Under the pieces are notes generated by a model. The model did not search any database. It saw only the letters and a list, made by a program, of their open reading frames with translations, and was not told where the DNA came from. Shown here piece after piece: positions 48,956 through 59,247 of a stretch of 64,000 bases of DNA (positions are counted from its first letter, which is position 1; each line of letters begins with the position of its first letter). This DNA is from Bacteroidia bacterium. Its GTDB lineage: Bacteria > Bacteroidota > Bacteroidia > M30B66. A program made the translations under genes and the position numbers. The stretch is taken from the NCBI GenBank assembly GCA_965279035.1, contig OZ257142.1, positions 1,952,001 to 2,016,000 of the forward strand, in the 5' to 3' direction.

Positions 48956-49183
48956 ATGCGTATCATCGATAGTATTCCTCATCCTCAGCTTCGAATTAGT
49001 ATTTTTAGTATGAACGATAAATACCAAGTGAAATTCGAGGCAGGACCTTATGAACAAACTTATAAGTTTGAAAAAGATGTTGTTGAAGGATTGGAAGATT
49101 TAAAGACGCGTGTTGACGATATTTTTTTAGAAAAAGTAGCTAGCATTTTTCGTGAAATGCATGCATTAAATGCTTGGAAGTAA
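48956..49183 (+). CDS. Small hypothetical protein
   Basis: 75-aa ORF starting 1 nt after the tyrS stop; IPHP...KFEAGPYEQTYK looks like a conserved Bacteroidota small protein. Confidence 0.75.
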   Translation: MRIIDSIPHPQLRISIFSMNDKYQVKFEAGPYEQTYKFEKDVVEGLEDLKTRVDDIFLEKVASIFREMHALNAWK

Positions 49184-49196
49184 TATTGAATTTATA

Positions 49197-50465
49197 ATGA
49201 AACGTGTTGTTGTTTTTGGTCCTGGTCCACAATTTAAAGGTGGAATTGCAAACTTCACTGTTTCATTGGCTAAAGCATTGGAAAACGAAGGAGCAACAGT
49301 GAATTTAGTATCTTGGACACAACAATATCCAGCTATTATTCCACGCGATTTTATTGACCGCTCAAGTAAATCAAATTTGCTTGAAGGAAGTAACATTCAA
49401 GTTGATTATCTCTGTAATTATAATAATCCTTTTTCTTGGAATTCAACAGCTCGTTTTATTGCAGCTTTAAAACCCGATCAAGTTATTTTTCAATGGGCAA
49501 TTGCAATTCAAGGCTTACCCATGGGTTGGATTGCTCGAAAAATAAAGGCGATATCTCCTCAAACAGAAATTATTTTCGACGTACATAATGTGATTCAAAA
49601 AGAAACGGGTTCGCTTGATAAAAAACTCACCCGTTATGCTTTAAAAAGTGCCGATACATTCATTATGCATGGACAAATTACCATCGATGAATTCAAAGCT
49701 TTTCTACCCGAAATCAATACCAAAATCAGTGAAGATTCTAGTCGTTCTTCAACCCAAAAAACCATTTTAAAATTATATCATCCTATTTATGATATTTTCA
49801 AACCCAATCCAGATTTAAATATTGATTTAATTAAAAAGGAATATCATTTAAATAAACACGTGTTTTTATTCTTTGGATTTATTCGCAAATACAAAGGATT
49901 ACATTTTGCCATTGAAGCATTTGCACGAATTGTCTCACAATATCCCGATTCAAGTCTCCTCATTGTTGGTGAGTCTTTTTGGGATACAGTTGATAAAACC
50001 AATTGGATCATTCGCATTAAAACCGGAATATTTCGATTACTCAAATCCATTTTTATTCGCAGTAAAGATCAAGAAAGAGATTATCGACCACTTGAATTAA
50101 TCTCTCAATTAGGAATAGAAAAAAACGTTGTTGTTATTAACCGATTTATTCCAAATGAAGAAGTAAATCGTTATTTTCAGATGAGTGATGCTGTAGTTAA
50201 TTTTTATGAATATGCAACACCATCAGGAGTTGAATCCATTGCATACAATTTCAATAAACCCATTTTAGCAACTCGTGTTGGACATTTTGCAAATGCCATT
50301 GTCGATGGAGAAAACGGTTATTTAGCCGAAGCTGCTGATATCCAAAGTATGGCTAATGTGATGGAACATTTTATTCTTCATCCAATTCCTTTGGAGAATG
50401 TGAAACAATTTGCTCAAAAGCTAAGCTGGGCTAATTATGCAAAGGTAATTTTAGGTAGAAATTAA
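49197..50465 (+). CDS. Glycosyltransferase family 4
   Basis: GPGPQFKGGIA, FFGFIRKYKGL, ATPSGV, KPILATRVG; start at MKRVVVFG. Confidence 0.9.
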   Translation: MKRVVVFGPGPQFKGGIANFTVSLAKALENEGATVNLVSWTQQYPAIIPRDFIDRSSKSNLLEGSNIQVDYLCNYNNPFSWNSTARFIAALKPDQVIFQWAIAIQGLPMGWIARKIKAISPQTEIIFDVHNVIQKETGSLDKKLTRYALKSADTFIMHGQITIDEFKAFLPEINTKISEDSSRSSTQKTILKLYHPIYDIFKPNPDLNIDLIKKEYHLNKHVFLFFGFIRKYKGLHFAIEAFARIVSQYPDSSLLIVGESFWDTVDKTNWIIRIKTGIFRLLKSIFIRSKDQERDYRPLELISQLGIEKNVVVINRFIPNEEVNRYFQMSDAVVNFYEYATPSGVESIAYNFNKPILATRVGHFANAIVDGENGYLAEAADIQSMANVMEHFILHPIPLENVKQFAQKLSWANYAKVILGRN

Positions 50466-50474
50466 TTCTTTTAA

Positions 50475-53009
50475 TTACACCGATTTCAATTCAGAATTTC
50501 GCAAATAACTCGTATTATTTCGCCTAAACCATTTTACAATTTCAAACCAGATAACTGAACAAATTCCTGCAATAATTGATAAAATTAATTCGAACATATT
50601 CAAGCGTTCAAATTCAAAAAAATGTTGAATTGGTTCAATATAAAGCATGCAGAAAGTGAGTACAATGGTTATTCCAGTTATAATAGGTACCAAATTATTT
50701 TTAAATCGAAATGTTTGAAGTATGGAATAATAAAATGAACGGTTTATCAAGGTAAGTGAGATATTGGCACTTACTAAGGTTAGAAAAACCATCGTTCGTG
50801 TGCCTTCTTCTGAATTACCCATTCGAATTGAAACCCAATACATAAATAAAACAGCACAGGTAATTACAAGCCCTTGAATTATACTAATATTTAATTCTTT
50901 CCAACTAAAAAATGTTGATGTAAAAGGACGAGGTTTTTGAGTCATCGCATTTTTTTCTATTGGTTCATTTTCGAATAGGATGGAACAGGTTGGTCCCATA
51001 ATTAATTCAAGAAAAATGATGTGAATTGGAGAGAAAATCGTTGGGTAAATCCATCCCAATGCTAATGGAATAAATACAGTAAGTATGATTGGAATATGTA
51101 TGGAAATAATATAGCGATTGGCCTTTTTTAAATTAGCATAGATTCGCCTGCCCATCGCTATTGCATCAACCATCTTCGATAAATCATCTTCAACTAATAC
51201 GAGTGATGCAGATTGTTTAGCAATCTCACTTCCTTTTTTTCCCATAGCAATTCCAATATGAGATGCTTTTAATGCAGGTCCGTCATTCACTCCATCACCA
51301 GTCATTGCAACTATTTCTTTGTTCGCCTTCAAGGCATTTATAATTTTCAATTTTGCTTCTGGAAACATGCGTGTAAAAACTTGCTTTTCCTCTACAATTT
51401 TGACTAAATCAGTATCATTTAAAGCCATTAATTCTTCGCCCGAAATAGCTTGATCATATCCTTTAAAACCAACTTGTTTAGCTATTGCTCCTGTAGTTTC
51501 GGCATTATCACCCGTAATAATTTTAACCTGTATTCCCGCAGAATAAAACCGAGATAAAACCTCTTTGATATTTTTCTTTGGCGGATCATTAAATGCTACT
51601 ATTCCAATGAATTGAAAATCGAATTGTTGCTGTTCTTTTGGAAAATCGTTTCCTTCTAATTTTCCTTCAGCTACACCTAACAAACGTTGTCCTTCTTTGG
51701 ATAATGTCAAGATGATTTTAACTATCTGTTCTTTCTCTACATCACTTAAATGTTTACATACCGCTAATATTGCTTCTGGAGCTCCTTTGGCTGCAATAAT
51801 TCTTTGACCTTGTTTATTTTCGAAAACATGAGTCATCATGGGCGGTTTTCCACCTAATGGATATTCATGAATGATTGAATATTGCGGTCTTTCATCCTCT
51901 TTATAAAACTGAGAATAGCTTTCATGTATTGCTTTTTCCATCGTATCGAATGGCGCAGTCTCACTTGCCCACATAGCAATACGAATCAGTTTCATTTCAG
52001 CTTCGTTGTGAAGGCTTGATATTTCGATAATTCCATTTTTATCTGATGTATACACTTTGGATAATGACATACTATTTTCAGTGATTGTTCCCGTTTTATC
52101 AGTACAAATAACTGTTGCACTTCCTAGGGTTTCCACTGTTTTTATTTGTTTTACAATAATTCCTAATTGCATCAATCGTCTTGAACCTAAGGCCATAAAC
52201 GAAGTCATTGCAAGTGGAATTTCTTCCGGAATAACACTCATTGCTAGTGTTAAAGATTTTAACAAACTTCCTATGAAATCACGCGAATGATAGAAATGTA
52301 TGATCCATACAAGAATAAATACCAGCGAACCGGCAATTACCATTTTCTTTACAAAATTTCCAATTTGAATTTCGAGTGGAGTTTTTTCTTCTACTATTTG
52401 CTCGATACTCTTTCCTATTTTCCCTAATCGCGTTGCATTTCCGATGGCTTCTATAATGGCAACTGCATGTCCAGAAGCAACACTCGTACCTTGTAAAATG
52501 ATATTATTTTCATCCTTCTCGTTCTTATTTATGGCGAGTGATTCTCCAGTGAGAATGGATTCATTTACAGAAAAGTCGTTTGAAACTACAATTCTCCCAT
52601 CTGCAGCTATTGAACTTCCTTCATCCACAACTAAATAATCACCAAGAACAAGATCATCACTTACAATTTCTTGAATTTCATTATTTCGAATTACTTTACA
52701 AGTAGGTTTTGTTAGCTCTTTTAATTTATCTAATGCATTGCGACTTTGTGATTCTTGATAAAGTGAAATAGTGGATAATAGTACAATTGCAGAAACAAGA
52801 AAAATCCCATTTGCTGAATCTCCAGTGATAAAATAGAGGATTGATGCAAGCAAAAGGATTAACACCATAGGCTCTTTTACAATACTCAAAATGGCTTGTA
52901 TAATTCCATTTTCTTTTTTGAATTCAAGTTTATTTCTACCTGATTTCTCTGCCGAAATCAATACTTGTTCATCCGTTAAGCCTTTAAAATTATAGTGATT
53001 CGTGCTCAT
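50475..53009 (-). CDS. Cation-translocating P-type ATPase (type II-like)
   Basis: TGES, IPEE, CTDKTGT, KGAPE, TGDN, MTGDGVND. Confidence 0.95.
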   Translation of the reverse strand: MSTNHYNFKGLTDEQVLISAEKSGRNKLEFKKENGIIQAILSIVKEPMVLILLLASILYFITGDSANGIFLVSAIVLLSTISLYQESQSRNALDKLKELTKPTCKVIRNNEIQEIVSDDLVLGDYLVVDEGSSIAADGRIVVSNDFSVNESILTGESLAINKNEKDENNIILQGTSVASGHAVAIIEAIGNATRLGKIGKSIEQIVEEKTPLEIQIGNFVKKMVIAGSLVFILVWIIHFYHSRDFIGSLLKSLTLAMSVIPEEIPLAMTSFMALGSRRLMQLGIIVKQIKTVETLGSATVICTDKTGTITENSMSLSKVYTSDKNGIIEISSLHNEAEMKLIRIAMWASETAPFDTMEKAIHESYSQFYKEDERPQYSIIHEYPLGGKPPMMTHVFENKQGQRIIAAKGAPEAILAVCKHLSDVEKEQIVKIILTLSKEGQRLLGVAEGKLEGNDFPKEQQQFDFQFIGIVAFNDPPKKNIKEVLSRFYSAGIQVKIITGDNAETTGAIAKQVGFKGYDQAISGEELMALNDTDLVKIVEEKQVFTRMFPEAKLKIINALKANKEIVAMTGDGVNDGPALKASHIGIAMGKKGSEIAKQSASLVLVEDDLSKMVDAIAMGRRIYANLKKANRYIISIHIPIILTVFIPLALGWIYPTIFSPIHIIFLELIMGPTCSILFENEPIEKNAMTQKPRPFTSTFFSWKELNISIIQGLVITCAVLFMYWVSIRMGNSEEGTRTMVFLTLVSANISLTLINRSFYYSILQTFRFKNNLVPIITGITIVLTFCMLYIEPIQHFFEFERLNMFELILSIIAGICSVIWFEIVKWFRRNNTSYLRNSELKSV

Positions 53010-53500
53010 TGGATATTTTATAAATAAATTGATTTAGGCTAAAATACTTTATTTACGCAACTATATTGTTTAATTTATTTACATGATTCTTTCATTAATT
53101 CATTTGTATTTAAGCTATAAAATGAAGATATATTTTCATTTATAAAAATACTAGTTTGAGGTATTTATTCTAGAGTGAAAATGATTTTTAATTTGAAATA
53201 ATATTTAATTTATTTCAATAAAATATTCAAATTCAATTTCATGCATTTCAGTTAATATTAGTTTCATGTTTTCCAATTATTTTCGATGATGTTCTAAGAA
53301 GAATAAATCACATTATTTCTCATTTTAAGGAAAATGAAATATTTCTAAATGATTCTTATTAAGAATCTTGAATGCATGAAATAGGTTATTTGACGTGCAT
53401 TTGATCGCTTATTAACACCATTGTTTGTTAATTCATTTCATTCCTACTTCATTAATTCAAAAAACGCTTTTATATTGTGCCTGTCTTAACCAAAAGAAAC

Positions 53501-55195
53501 ATGCGAAAAATTTATTTTATCTGGGCTTATATGCTAAGTATAAGTTTGTTGAGTTGTCAAAAAGAAATTCTTTTAACAGAGAATTCGGAAGTATCAAGCC
53601 CTATTTCACACACGAAATCATTACTATTTGAAACCATCGAAACTGGAACTAAAACAGCATACACAACTGCGAATGTTAGTTTGAATTCTGGTTCATGGAC
53701 TTTCAATGATGCATTAATAGGAAATTCAGCGTCCGACCGTAAAAATGGAGCACAATCAGCGCGTATTCGTAATGCTGGTAAGCTAACCATGAATTTTGAT
53801 AAAACTAATGGAGCTGGTGATGTAACTATTTCTCATGCACTCTATGGTACTGATGCAGCATGTACTTGGCAACTTTATTATTCGCAAAATGCTGGCTCAA
53901 CATGGACAGCATTTGGAAGTCCAGTAACAACATCAAGTACTACGCTTACTTCAAGTTTATTCAAGCTTGATATCAGTGGAAATATTCGTTTGGATATTCG
54001 CAAAACGGACGGTTCAACCAGTCGTTTAAACATTGATGATATTAATATTGCTGATTATTCTTCTACCAATCCATCTCCTGTATTAAGTAGTATAAGCCCT
54101 AATACAAAAGTTGCCGGATCTGCTGCTTTTACAATTACAGTTACAGGTTCGAATTTCGTAAATGGATCAAGCATCAATTGGAATGGAACAGCTTTAACTA
54201 CAACGTATACAAGTTCTGTTCAGCTTACTGCTTCCGTTGCTGCAAACTTAATATCAACAGATGGAACTGCTTCTGTTAGTGTTGTAACACCAGCACCAGG
54301 AGGTGGGACTTCAACAAGTTCTTCTTTTACTATAACTTCCATTCCTGTAAATACGACCAAGAAATTTTTATTTGATAACCGACATGCCGAAACTGCTGGA
54401 AATGCCGATTGGGTAATGGATGCAGATAACAATGTGGCTGCACGTTTTCCAACACCTTTGCAAAGCAATGTTACTTCAACTACTGCCGAAACCTATTGGA
54501 AAGGAGCAATCTCGGCTTGGGGTATTGCTTTAGTTAAACTCGGGCATACAGTTGAAACATTACCAACTTCTTCTTCAATTTCTTATGGTAATTCAAGCAA
54601 TACTCAAGATTTAAGTAATTATAATGTGTTTGTGGTTGATGAACCCAATACAGTATTTACTTCTGCCGAGAAAACAGCAATTTTAAATTTTGTGCAAAAT
54701 GGAGGTAGTTTAATGATGATTTCCGATCATACAATTTCCGATAGAAATAACGATGGTTGGGATTCTCCTATGATTTGGAATGACTTAATGAGCAACAATA
54801 CAGTTCAAACTAATCCTTTTGGATTTACGATCGATTATACAGATATATCAACAACTTCATCCAATGTGAGCACATCAACACATCCAATTCTGAATGGAAC
54901 TCAAGGAAATGTGACCAGCTTGCAATTTAATAATGGAGCAACCATCTCAATTAATCCTACTGCAAATTCATCAGTGCAAGGTTTAGTTTGGACATCTGGT
55001 GTTACTAAAAACAATTCGAATATTTTATGTGCAAGTAGTACGTTTGGGAGCGGACGTGTTTTTGTTTTAGCCGATAGTTCACCTGTAGATGATGGAACTG
55101 GAGCAACAACAGATGTTTTATATAATGGTTGGGGTGTTTATAGTCATTCAAAATTGTTATTGAATGCTTCGTTGTGGTGTGCTAAAGTGCAATAA
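53501..55195 (+). CDS. Ser/Thr-rich lipoprotein with IPT/TIG domain and GATase-like C-terminal domain
   Basis: Lipobox LLSC from ATG 53501; PVLSSISP...ITVTGSNF IPT unit; FLFDNRHAETAGNADW, FVQNGGSL, GSGRV. Confidence 0.75.
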   Translation: MRKIYFIWAYMLSISLLSCQKEILLTENSEVSSPISHTKSLLFETIETGTKTAYTTANVSLNSGSWTFNDALIGNSASDRKNGAQSARIRNAGKLTMNFDKTNGAGDVTISHALYGTDAACTWQLYYSQNAGSTWTAFGSPVTTSSTTLTSSLFKLDISGNIRLDIRKTDGSTSRLNIDDINIADYSSTNPSPVLSSISPNTKVAGSAAFTITVTGSNFVNGSSINWNGTALTTTYTSSVQLTASVAANLISTDGTASVSVVTPAPGGGTSTSSSFTITSIPVNTTKKFLFDNRHAETAGNADWVMDADNNVAARFPTPLQSNVTSTTAETYWKGAISAWGIALVKLGHTVETLPTSSSISYGNSSNTQDLSNYNVFVVDEPNTVFTSAEKTAILNFVQNGGSLMMISDHTISDRNNDGWDSPMIWNDLMSNNTVQTNPFGFTIDYTDISTTSSNVSTSTHPILNGTQGNVTSLQFNNGATISINPTANSSVQGLVWTSGVTKNNSNILCASSTFGSGRVFVLADSSPVDDGTGATTDVLYNGWGVYSHSKLLLNASLWCAKVQ

Positions 55196-55212
55196 GTAAA
55201 AATGAAAAATGG

Positions 55213-55248
55213 AAAGCCTTCTGGATTCATTCTGGGAGGCTTTTTTTT
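55213..55248 (+). terminator. Intrinsic terminator
   Basis: AAAGCCTTCTGGA...TCTGGGAGGCTTT followed by a T-tract. Confidence 0.8.
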
Positions 55249-55406
55249 GTATTAAATACTATTTAAGAGATAAGTTAATATCCTTTTGTGTAGTTAAAAA
55301 TTAAATATATTCTTCAATAATGTTTATTACACATGCCAATTTTCAACACTTGAGAAAGGCTTTTAAATAAAATTATTTTAAAGTAAAATTAAGGTTTAAA
55401 AACGGA

Positions 55407-55575
55407 TCTTGCGATGGTTTTGTCTGGGCGGCGAGGGTGTGTTTCGACTTTGATTAGAAAATGAATGTTTGATCAGAATGGTCGAAAAAAGGCTCTGCGT
55501 GCGAGCAGCATCGTCCAGACTTGAACTTATTTGATTACTTTCTTGTTTCAAGACAAGAAAATAACACGTCGTAGA
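55407..55575 (+). ncRNA. Candidate structured RNA or non-coding repeat element, family not identified
   Basis: GC-enriched intergenic patch with nested complementary segments (see findings). Confidence 0.35.
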
Positions 55576-55672
55576 CAAACATGAATGATATAGTGAAAAG
55601 ATGCTTAAACAGCTTTATTTTATTGATTGATATGACATAATTAACTTAATAAGGCAACCGCACAACGGTAAG

Positions 55673-56929
55673 TTAATATTCTTTCTCAACGTGATCTTCG
55701 AGATTCAATTTCCGAAGTTTGGGTGCAAGACGAAAAGCTCCAGCAACTACCGCTAAAGTCATACAACCACCAAGAATAACTGAATTTACCAATCCCAAAG
55801 TCTTTGCTGCTAAACCCGATTCGAATGCACCAAGTTCGTTTGATGAACCAATGAAAACACTATTTACCGAAGATACTCGTCCACGCATATCATCGGGAGT
55901 GAAAAGTTGCATAATAGTAGATCGAATTAGGACGCTCACGGCATCAAATGCTCCACTCAGTAGCAATATGGCAAACGAAAGCCAGAAGATTTCGGACAAT
56001 GCAAAACTGATCATCGAAATCCCAAATAGTGCAACGAATGTGAGTAATATTTTGCCCGAGTGTTTCATAGGAGCATGTCGAGTAATATAAACCGACGTTA
56101 TAACTGCACCAATCGATGGAGCAGCGCGCAATATTCCCAAACCTTGAGCTCCGGTGTGTAGAATTTCATTCGCAAAAACAGGCAACATGGAAACTGCACC
56201 TCCAAAGAGTACGGCGAATAAATCGAGAGTCAAAGCTGAGAGGACAATTTTTTGTTTATATACGAAACGTAATCCTTGTTTTAAGCTGATGAAAACCCCT
56301 TCTTTATTGGAATTAGATGCAGGAAAATCAGGTAATCGGCTGAAGAAAAACAAGGACAGCATAACGAGAATCATACATACTGCATACGTAACTTCTTTAC
56401 CATAAAAACCATAAATCAAACCGCCAACAGCTGGTCCAGAAACTGAAGCTATTTGCCAAACTGTACTATTCCAAGCAGCTCCATTCGCATACAATTCTCG
56501 TTTGAATAATTGGGGAAGCATCGATTGTACAGATGGTCCAGCTAAGGCTCTTGCAATACCTGTAATTCCAATAACAAAGTAAAATAGCCACTGTGGATTA
56601 TTTTTCGGAAGTATCGTTGGCTCTAAGGCGAAAAACAGCAGTAATGCAGCACAAAGCGAAAAGAGTGTAACAGATCGAAGAATGATTTTTTTTCGTTTGT
56701 AAATATCTGCCCAATAACCAGCAAACAAGACGAGCGAGATAAATGGAATGGCTTCGGAAATTCCAATAATTCCTAAAGCAAAAGGATCTTTCGTGAGTTG
56801 ATATACTTGCCAACCAACGGCAACGGCTTGCATCTGTATAGCCATGGTTAGGAAAAATCGGGCAGCAATAAAATTGCGAAACGGTTTTATTTTTAAAGCA
56901 GCAGTTCCCGAATGTTCCTTGTTTGTCAT
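55673..56929 (-). CDS. MFS transporter (DHA3/EntS-like)
   Basis: About 12 TM segments; QAVAVGWQVY, LDLFAVLFGGA, TPDDMRGRV, GSSNELGAFESG. Confidence 0.92.
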   Translation of the reverse strand: MTNKEHSGTAALKIKPFRNFIAARFFLTMAIQMQAVAVGWQVYQLTKDPFALGIIGISEAIPFISLVLFAGYWADIYKRKKIILRSVTLFSLCAALLLFFALEPTILPKNNPQWLFYFVIGITGIARALAGPSVQSMLPQLFKRELYANGAAWNSTVWQIASVSGPAVGGLIYGFYGKEVTYAVCMILVMLSLFFFSRLPDFPASNSNKEGVFISLKQGLRFVYKQKIVLSALTLDLFAVLFGGAVSMLPVFANEILHTGAQGLGILRAAPSIGAVITSVYITRHAPMKHSGKILLTFVALFGISMISFALSEIFWLSFAILLLSGAFDAVSVLIRSTIMQLFTPDDMRGRVSSVNSVFIGSSNELGAFESGLAAKTLGLVNSVILGGCMTLAVVAGAFRLAPKLRKLNLEDHVEKEY

Positions 56930-56978
56930 TATAGACAAAAGTCCGACCTTCGTTTCAACCTACCAAATGAATCTGAAT

Positions 56979-57398
56979 ATGAAACGAATTTTTTTTCTGA
57001 TACTTTTTCTTCCCCTTGGAATTCAAGCACAATCGGAAGCGCAATTGGCCATTCGCAAGGTGATGGAACAACAAGCCGCCGATTGGAATCATGGAAATCT
57101 AGAAGCCTTTATGCAAGGATATTGGAATAACGATAGTTTGCGCTTCATAGGTAAAAAAGGTATTACATACGGATGGAAACCTGTATTGGAAAATTACAAG
57201 AAGTCATACGGAAATCAGGCATTAATGGGCATTCTTACTTTTGATAAATTGAATATCGAATTATTAAATGAAGATGCTGCTTTAGTCACTGGTTCATGGC
57301 GAGTTGTAACCAAAACAAGCGAGCAGGGCGGATGGTATAGTTTGATATTTAAATACATCGACAATCATTGGGTGATTGTTTTAGATCATACGAGTTAA
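56979..57398 (+). CDS. NTF2-like (DUF4440/YybH) periplasmic protein
   Basis: Signal peptide from ATG 56979; WNHGNLEAFMQGYW, WVIVLDHTS. Confidence 0.88.
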   Translation: MKRIFFLILFLPLGIQAQSEAQLAIRKVMEQQAADWNHGNLEAFMQGYWNNDSLRFIGKKGITYGWKPVLENYKKSYGNQALMGILTFDKLNIELLNEDAALVTGSWRVVTKTSEQGGWYSLIFKYIDNHWVIVLDHTS

Positions 57399-57499
57399 GG
57401 AACTTATGCTGTATTGTGATGAAATATCATGATATATTTTTATTGGATTGAACTGGATTTTAAAAACAAGCACATCTTTATATAAAGTTTATTTTTTTT

Positions 57500-58576
57500 A
57501 TGAATCGATTGATACTTATTTTTTGTTTTTTGTCGGGATATTCTTTCTCACAACAAACACCTGTTTTTCTTGCTGCATTTACAAATGGTGGAACCTTTTA
57601 TGATGAAGGTGGTTTTGGCACCTTGTCAGTTCTTACAGGTGACGCATCAATCATTAACACATTTAATTTACCAAATGAAAATCCAGGTTTAGACGCTCAA
57701 CATCCAGAATTAATTGAGACTTCAAACGGTAAAATTTATGGGCTTCATCGAGATGGTGGAAATGAAGGATTAGGTTTATTATTTGAATTTGATCCACTAA
57801 CACAATTTTATTCAATAAAACATGAGTTTAGTGATTCTGGCCTAATTGGTCATTCTCCCGAAGGTGGGATGATTTTATTACCTGATGGGAGATTATTAGG
57901 AACTACCTCATCAGGTGGAATTAACCAATCGGGAACTATTTTTTCATTTTCACCCATTAATGGGGCAGTACATGTTGAAGCTCAATTTGGTAATTCAACT
58001 GCTAAATGGCCTTCAGGTCAATTACTAATGGCATCAGATGGATGGGTTTATGGAACAACTTCAAATGGGGGCTTATCGGGATTAGGAACTATCTATCGTT
58101 TTCATCCGAATACAAATCAGCTGCAGGTTGTTTATGAATTTAATTCCATTGCAACTGGAACAGAACCAACTGGAGGTCTTTGTGAATTATCTGATGGGAA
58201 ATTATATGGATTTTGTAAATCGGGAGGTGAAGCTGCTTCAGGAGTTATTTATTCATTTCAATTAAATAATCAACAATATCAAGTTGTAAAATCGTTTGGC
58301 TGGAATGGAGATTATGGATATCCAGAAACCGGAAATGCTCCTGTTAAACTAGATGAATCAACATTTATTGCAGTTTTGGCAAACGGAGGAACTAATGGAA
58401 ATGGAAGTTTATTAAAGTGGAGCACATCAACACCTGATCCAGAATTTCTTTATCAGTTTTCAGTTTCAACAGGTGGTCAATCGAACGGACGAATAGTGAA
58501 ACATTCAAATGGAAATTGGTATTGGCTTTCAATCAATTTTACAAATGCAGCTCAAGTAGTTGAATATAATTTTAAT
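57500..58576 (+). pseudogene. 5' part of an interrupted Gloeo_Verruco (GloVer) repeat T9SS protein
   Basis: Signal peptide plus DGxLYGTTxxGG..GTIF repeats; the frame ends at a TGA that is the first 3 nt of the inserted element; no CTD. Confidence 0.88.
58571..58576 (+). repeat. Left flanking direct repeat TTTAAT (putative target-site duplication)
   Basis: Identical to 59248-59253; extends to a 12-bp repeat with one mismatch (TATAATTTTAAT vs TTTAATTTTAAT). Confidence 0.7.
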
Positions 58577-58598
58577 TGACTATCGGCTTGACTGAACC
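58577..58598 (+). repeat. Left terminal inverted repeat TGACTATCGGCTTGACTGAACC
   Basis: Reverse complement matches 59226-59247 except for 2 adjacent nt. Confidence 0.92.
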
Positions 58599-58621
58599 TA
58601 AATGTTTTTTACTTCTGAAAT

Positions 58622-58860
58622 ATGACGAAAGAAGAAATTGCCAAGTACGCATACGAACCGACTAGTGTAACACTAGAACCGAAATCACTTTTAAAGATGG
58701 TGAAATTATAGTTGGGTACTTTCAAGGTAATACTCAAAAGAGCGATAACTTTTTTGAAAATAAATGGAGTTTTGTTAAAACGCCAATTATGAATCCCAAA
58801 GGAATAGAAACCATTTATAATGGAAATGATTTTCAAAGCGTTCGTGTTATTTATGTTTAA
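58622..58860 (+). pseudogene. Frameshifted ~79-aa passenger gene
   Basis: MTKEEIAKYAYEPTS (from ATG 58622) joins with a one-base shift near 58660-58680 to CNTRTEITFKDGEIIVGYFQG...VRVIYV*, ending TAA 58860. Confidence 0.55.
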
Positions 58861-59174
58861 AAACCTCTTGATTTAAGCCGTTTTGCAGTTAGCATTAAAG
58901 GGAAAGTAAAGTGAGGGTTCATTTTTAACATTGCGGCTCTTATAGCATCTCTAATCTCAAGCGATGGCTGAATACGATATGCGTAGTTAATATCTATCTT
59001 CTCTTGTTCAGTCATTTTACTTCCGATTTCCATTTCTTCAGCTGAATAAAATTCGTTGAATATTACTTCTAGCATTCGAAGGTTATCAATTGTTAGGTCT
59101 TTTAAGGAAATTTGCACATCATAATTCTTGGAATTATGTTCAGCTATTTTAATTGTTACTTCTGGATTCTCCAT
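58857..59174 (-). CDS. Hypothetical passenger protein (105 aa from ATG 59174)
   Basis: MENPEVTIKIAE...KRLKSRGF; A-rich leader upstream; lies wholly inside the TIRs; no recognisable motif. Confidence 0.7.
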   Translation of the reverse strand: MENPEVTIKIAEHNSKNYDVQISLKDLTIDNLRMLEVIFNEFYSAEEMEIGSKMTEQEKIDINYAYRIQPSLEIRDAIRAAMLKMNPHFTFPLMLTAKRLKSRGF

Positions 59175-59225
59175 TTTAAATTGTTTTGGGAGTGAATGTT
59201 TGAATTGTTGTTTCAAGTGCGACGT

Positions 59226-59247
59226 GGTTCAGATAAGCCGATAGTCA
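59226..59247 (-). repeat. Right terminal inverted repeat GGTTCAGATAAGCCGATAGTCA
   Basis: Inverted partner of 58577-58598. Confidence 0.92.

Larger units (their letters stand above)
58577..59247. mobile_element. 671-bp non-autonomous TIR element carrying passenger genes
   Basis: 22-bp terminal inverted repeats (20/22 match), TG...CA ends, flanking direct repeat, insertion into a gene whose frame is restored on removal, no transposase. Confidence 0.85.

Noticed and set aside
55396-55578. 60-aa minus-strand ORF
   Set aside because: Non-ATG start and no recognisable motif; the region is better explained by structure on the + strand.
58609-58836. 75-aa minus-strand ORF inside the insert
   Set aside because: Antisense shadow of the more protein-like frameshifted + strand gene.
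58577-59247. Invertible phase-variation switch, group I/II intron or intein
   Set aside because: Inversion leaves an in-frame TGA in both orientations; no adjacent recombinase; no GUGYG/AY ends or intron core seen; the insert is not an open in-frame sequence.
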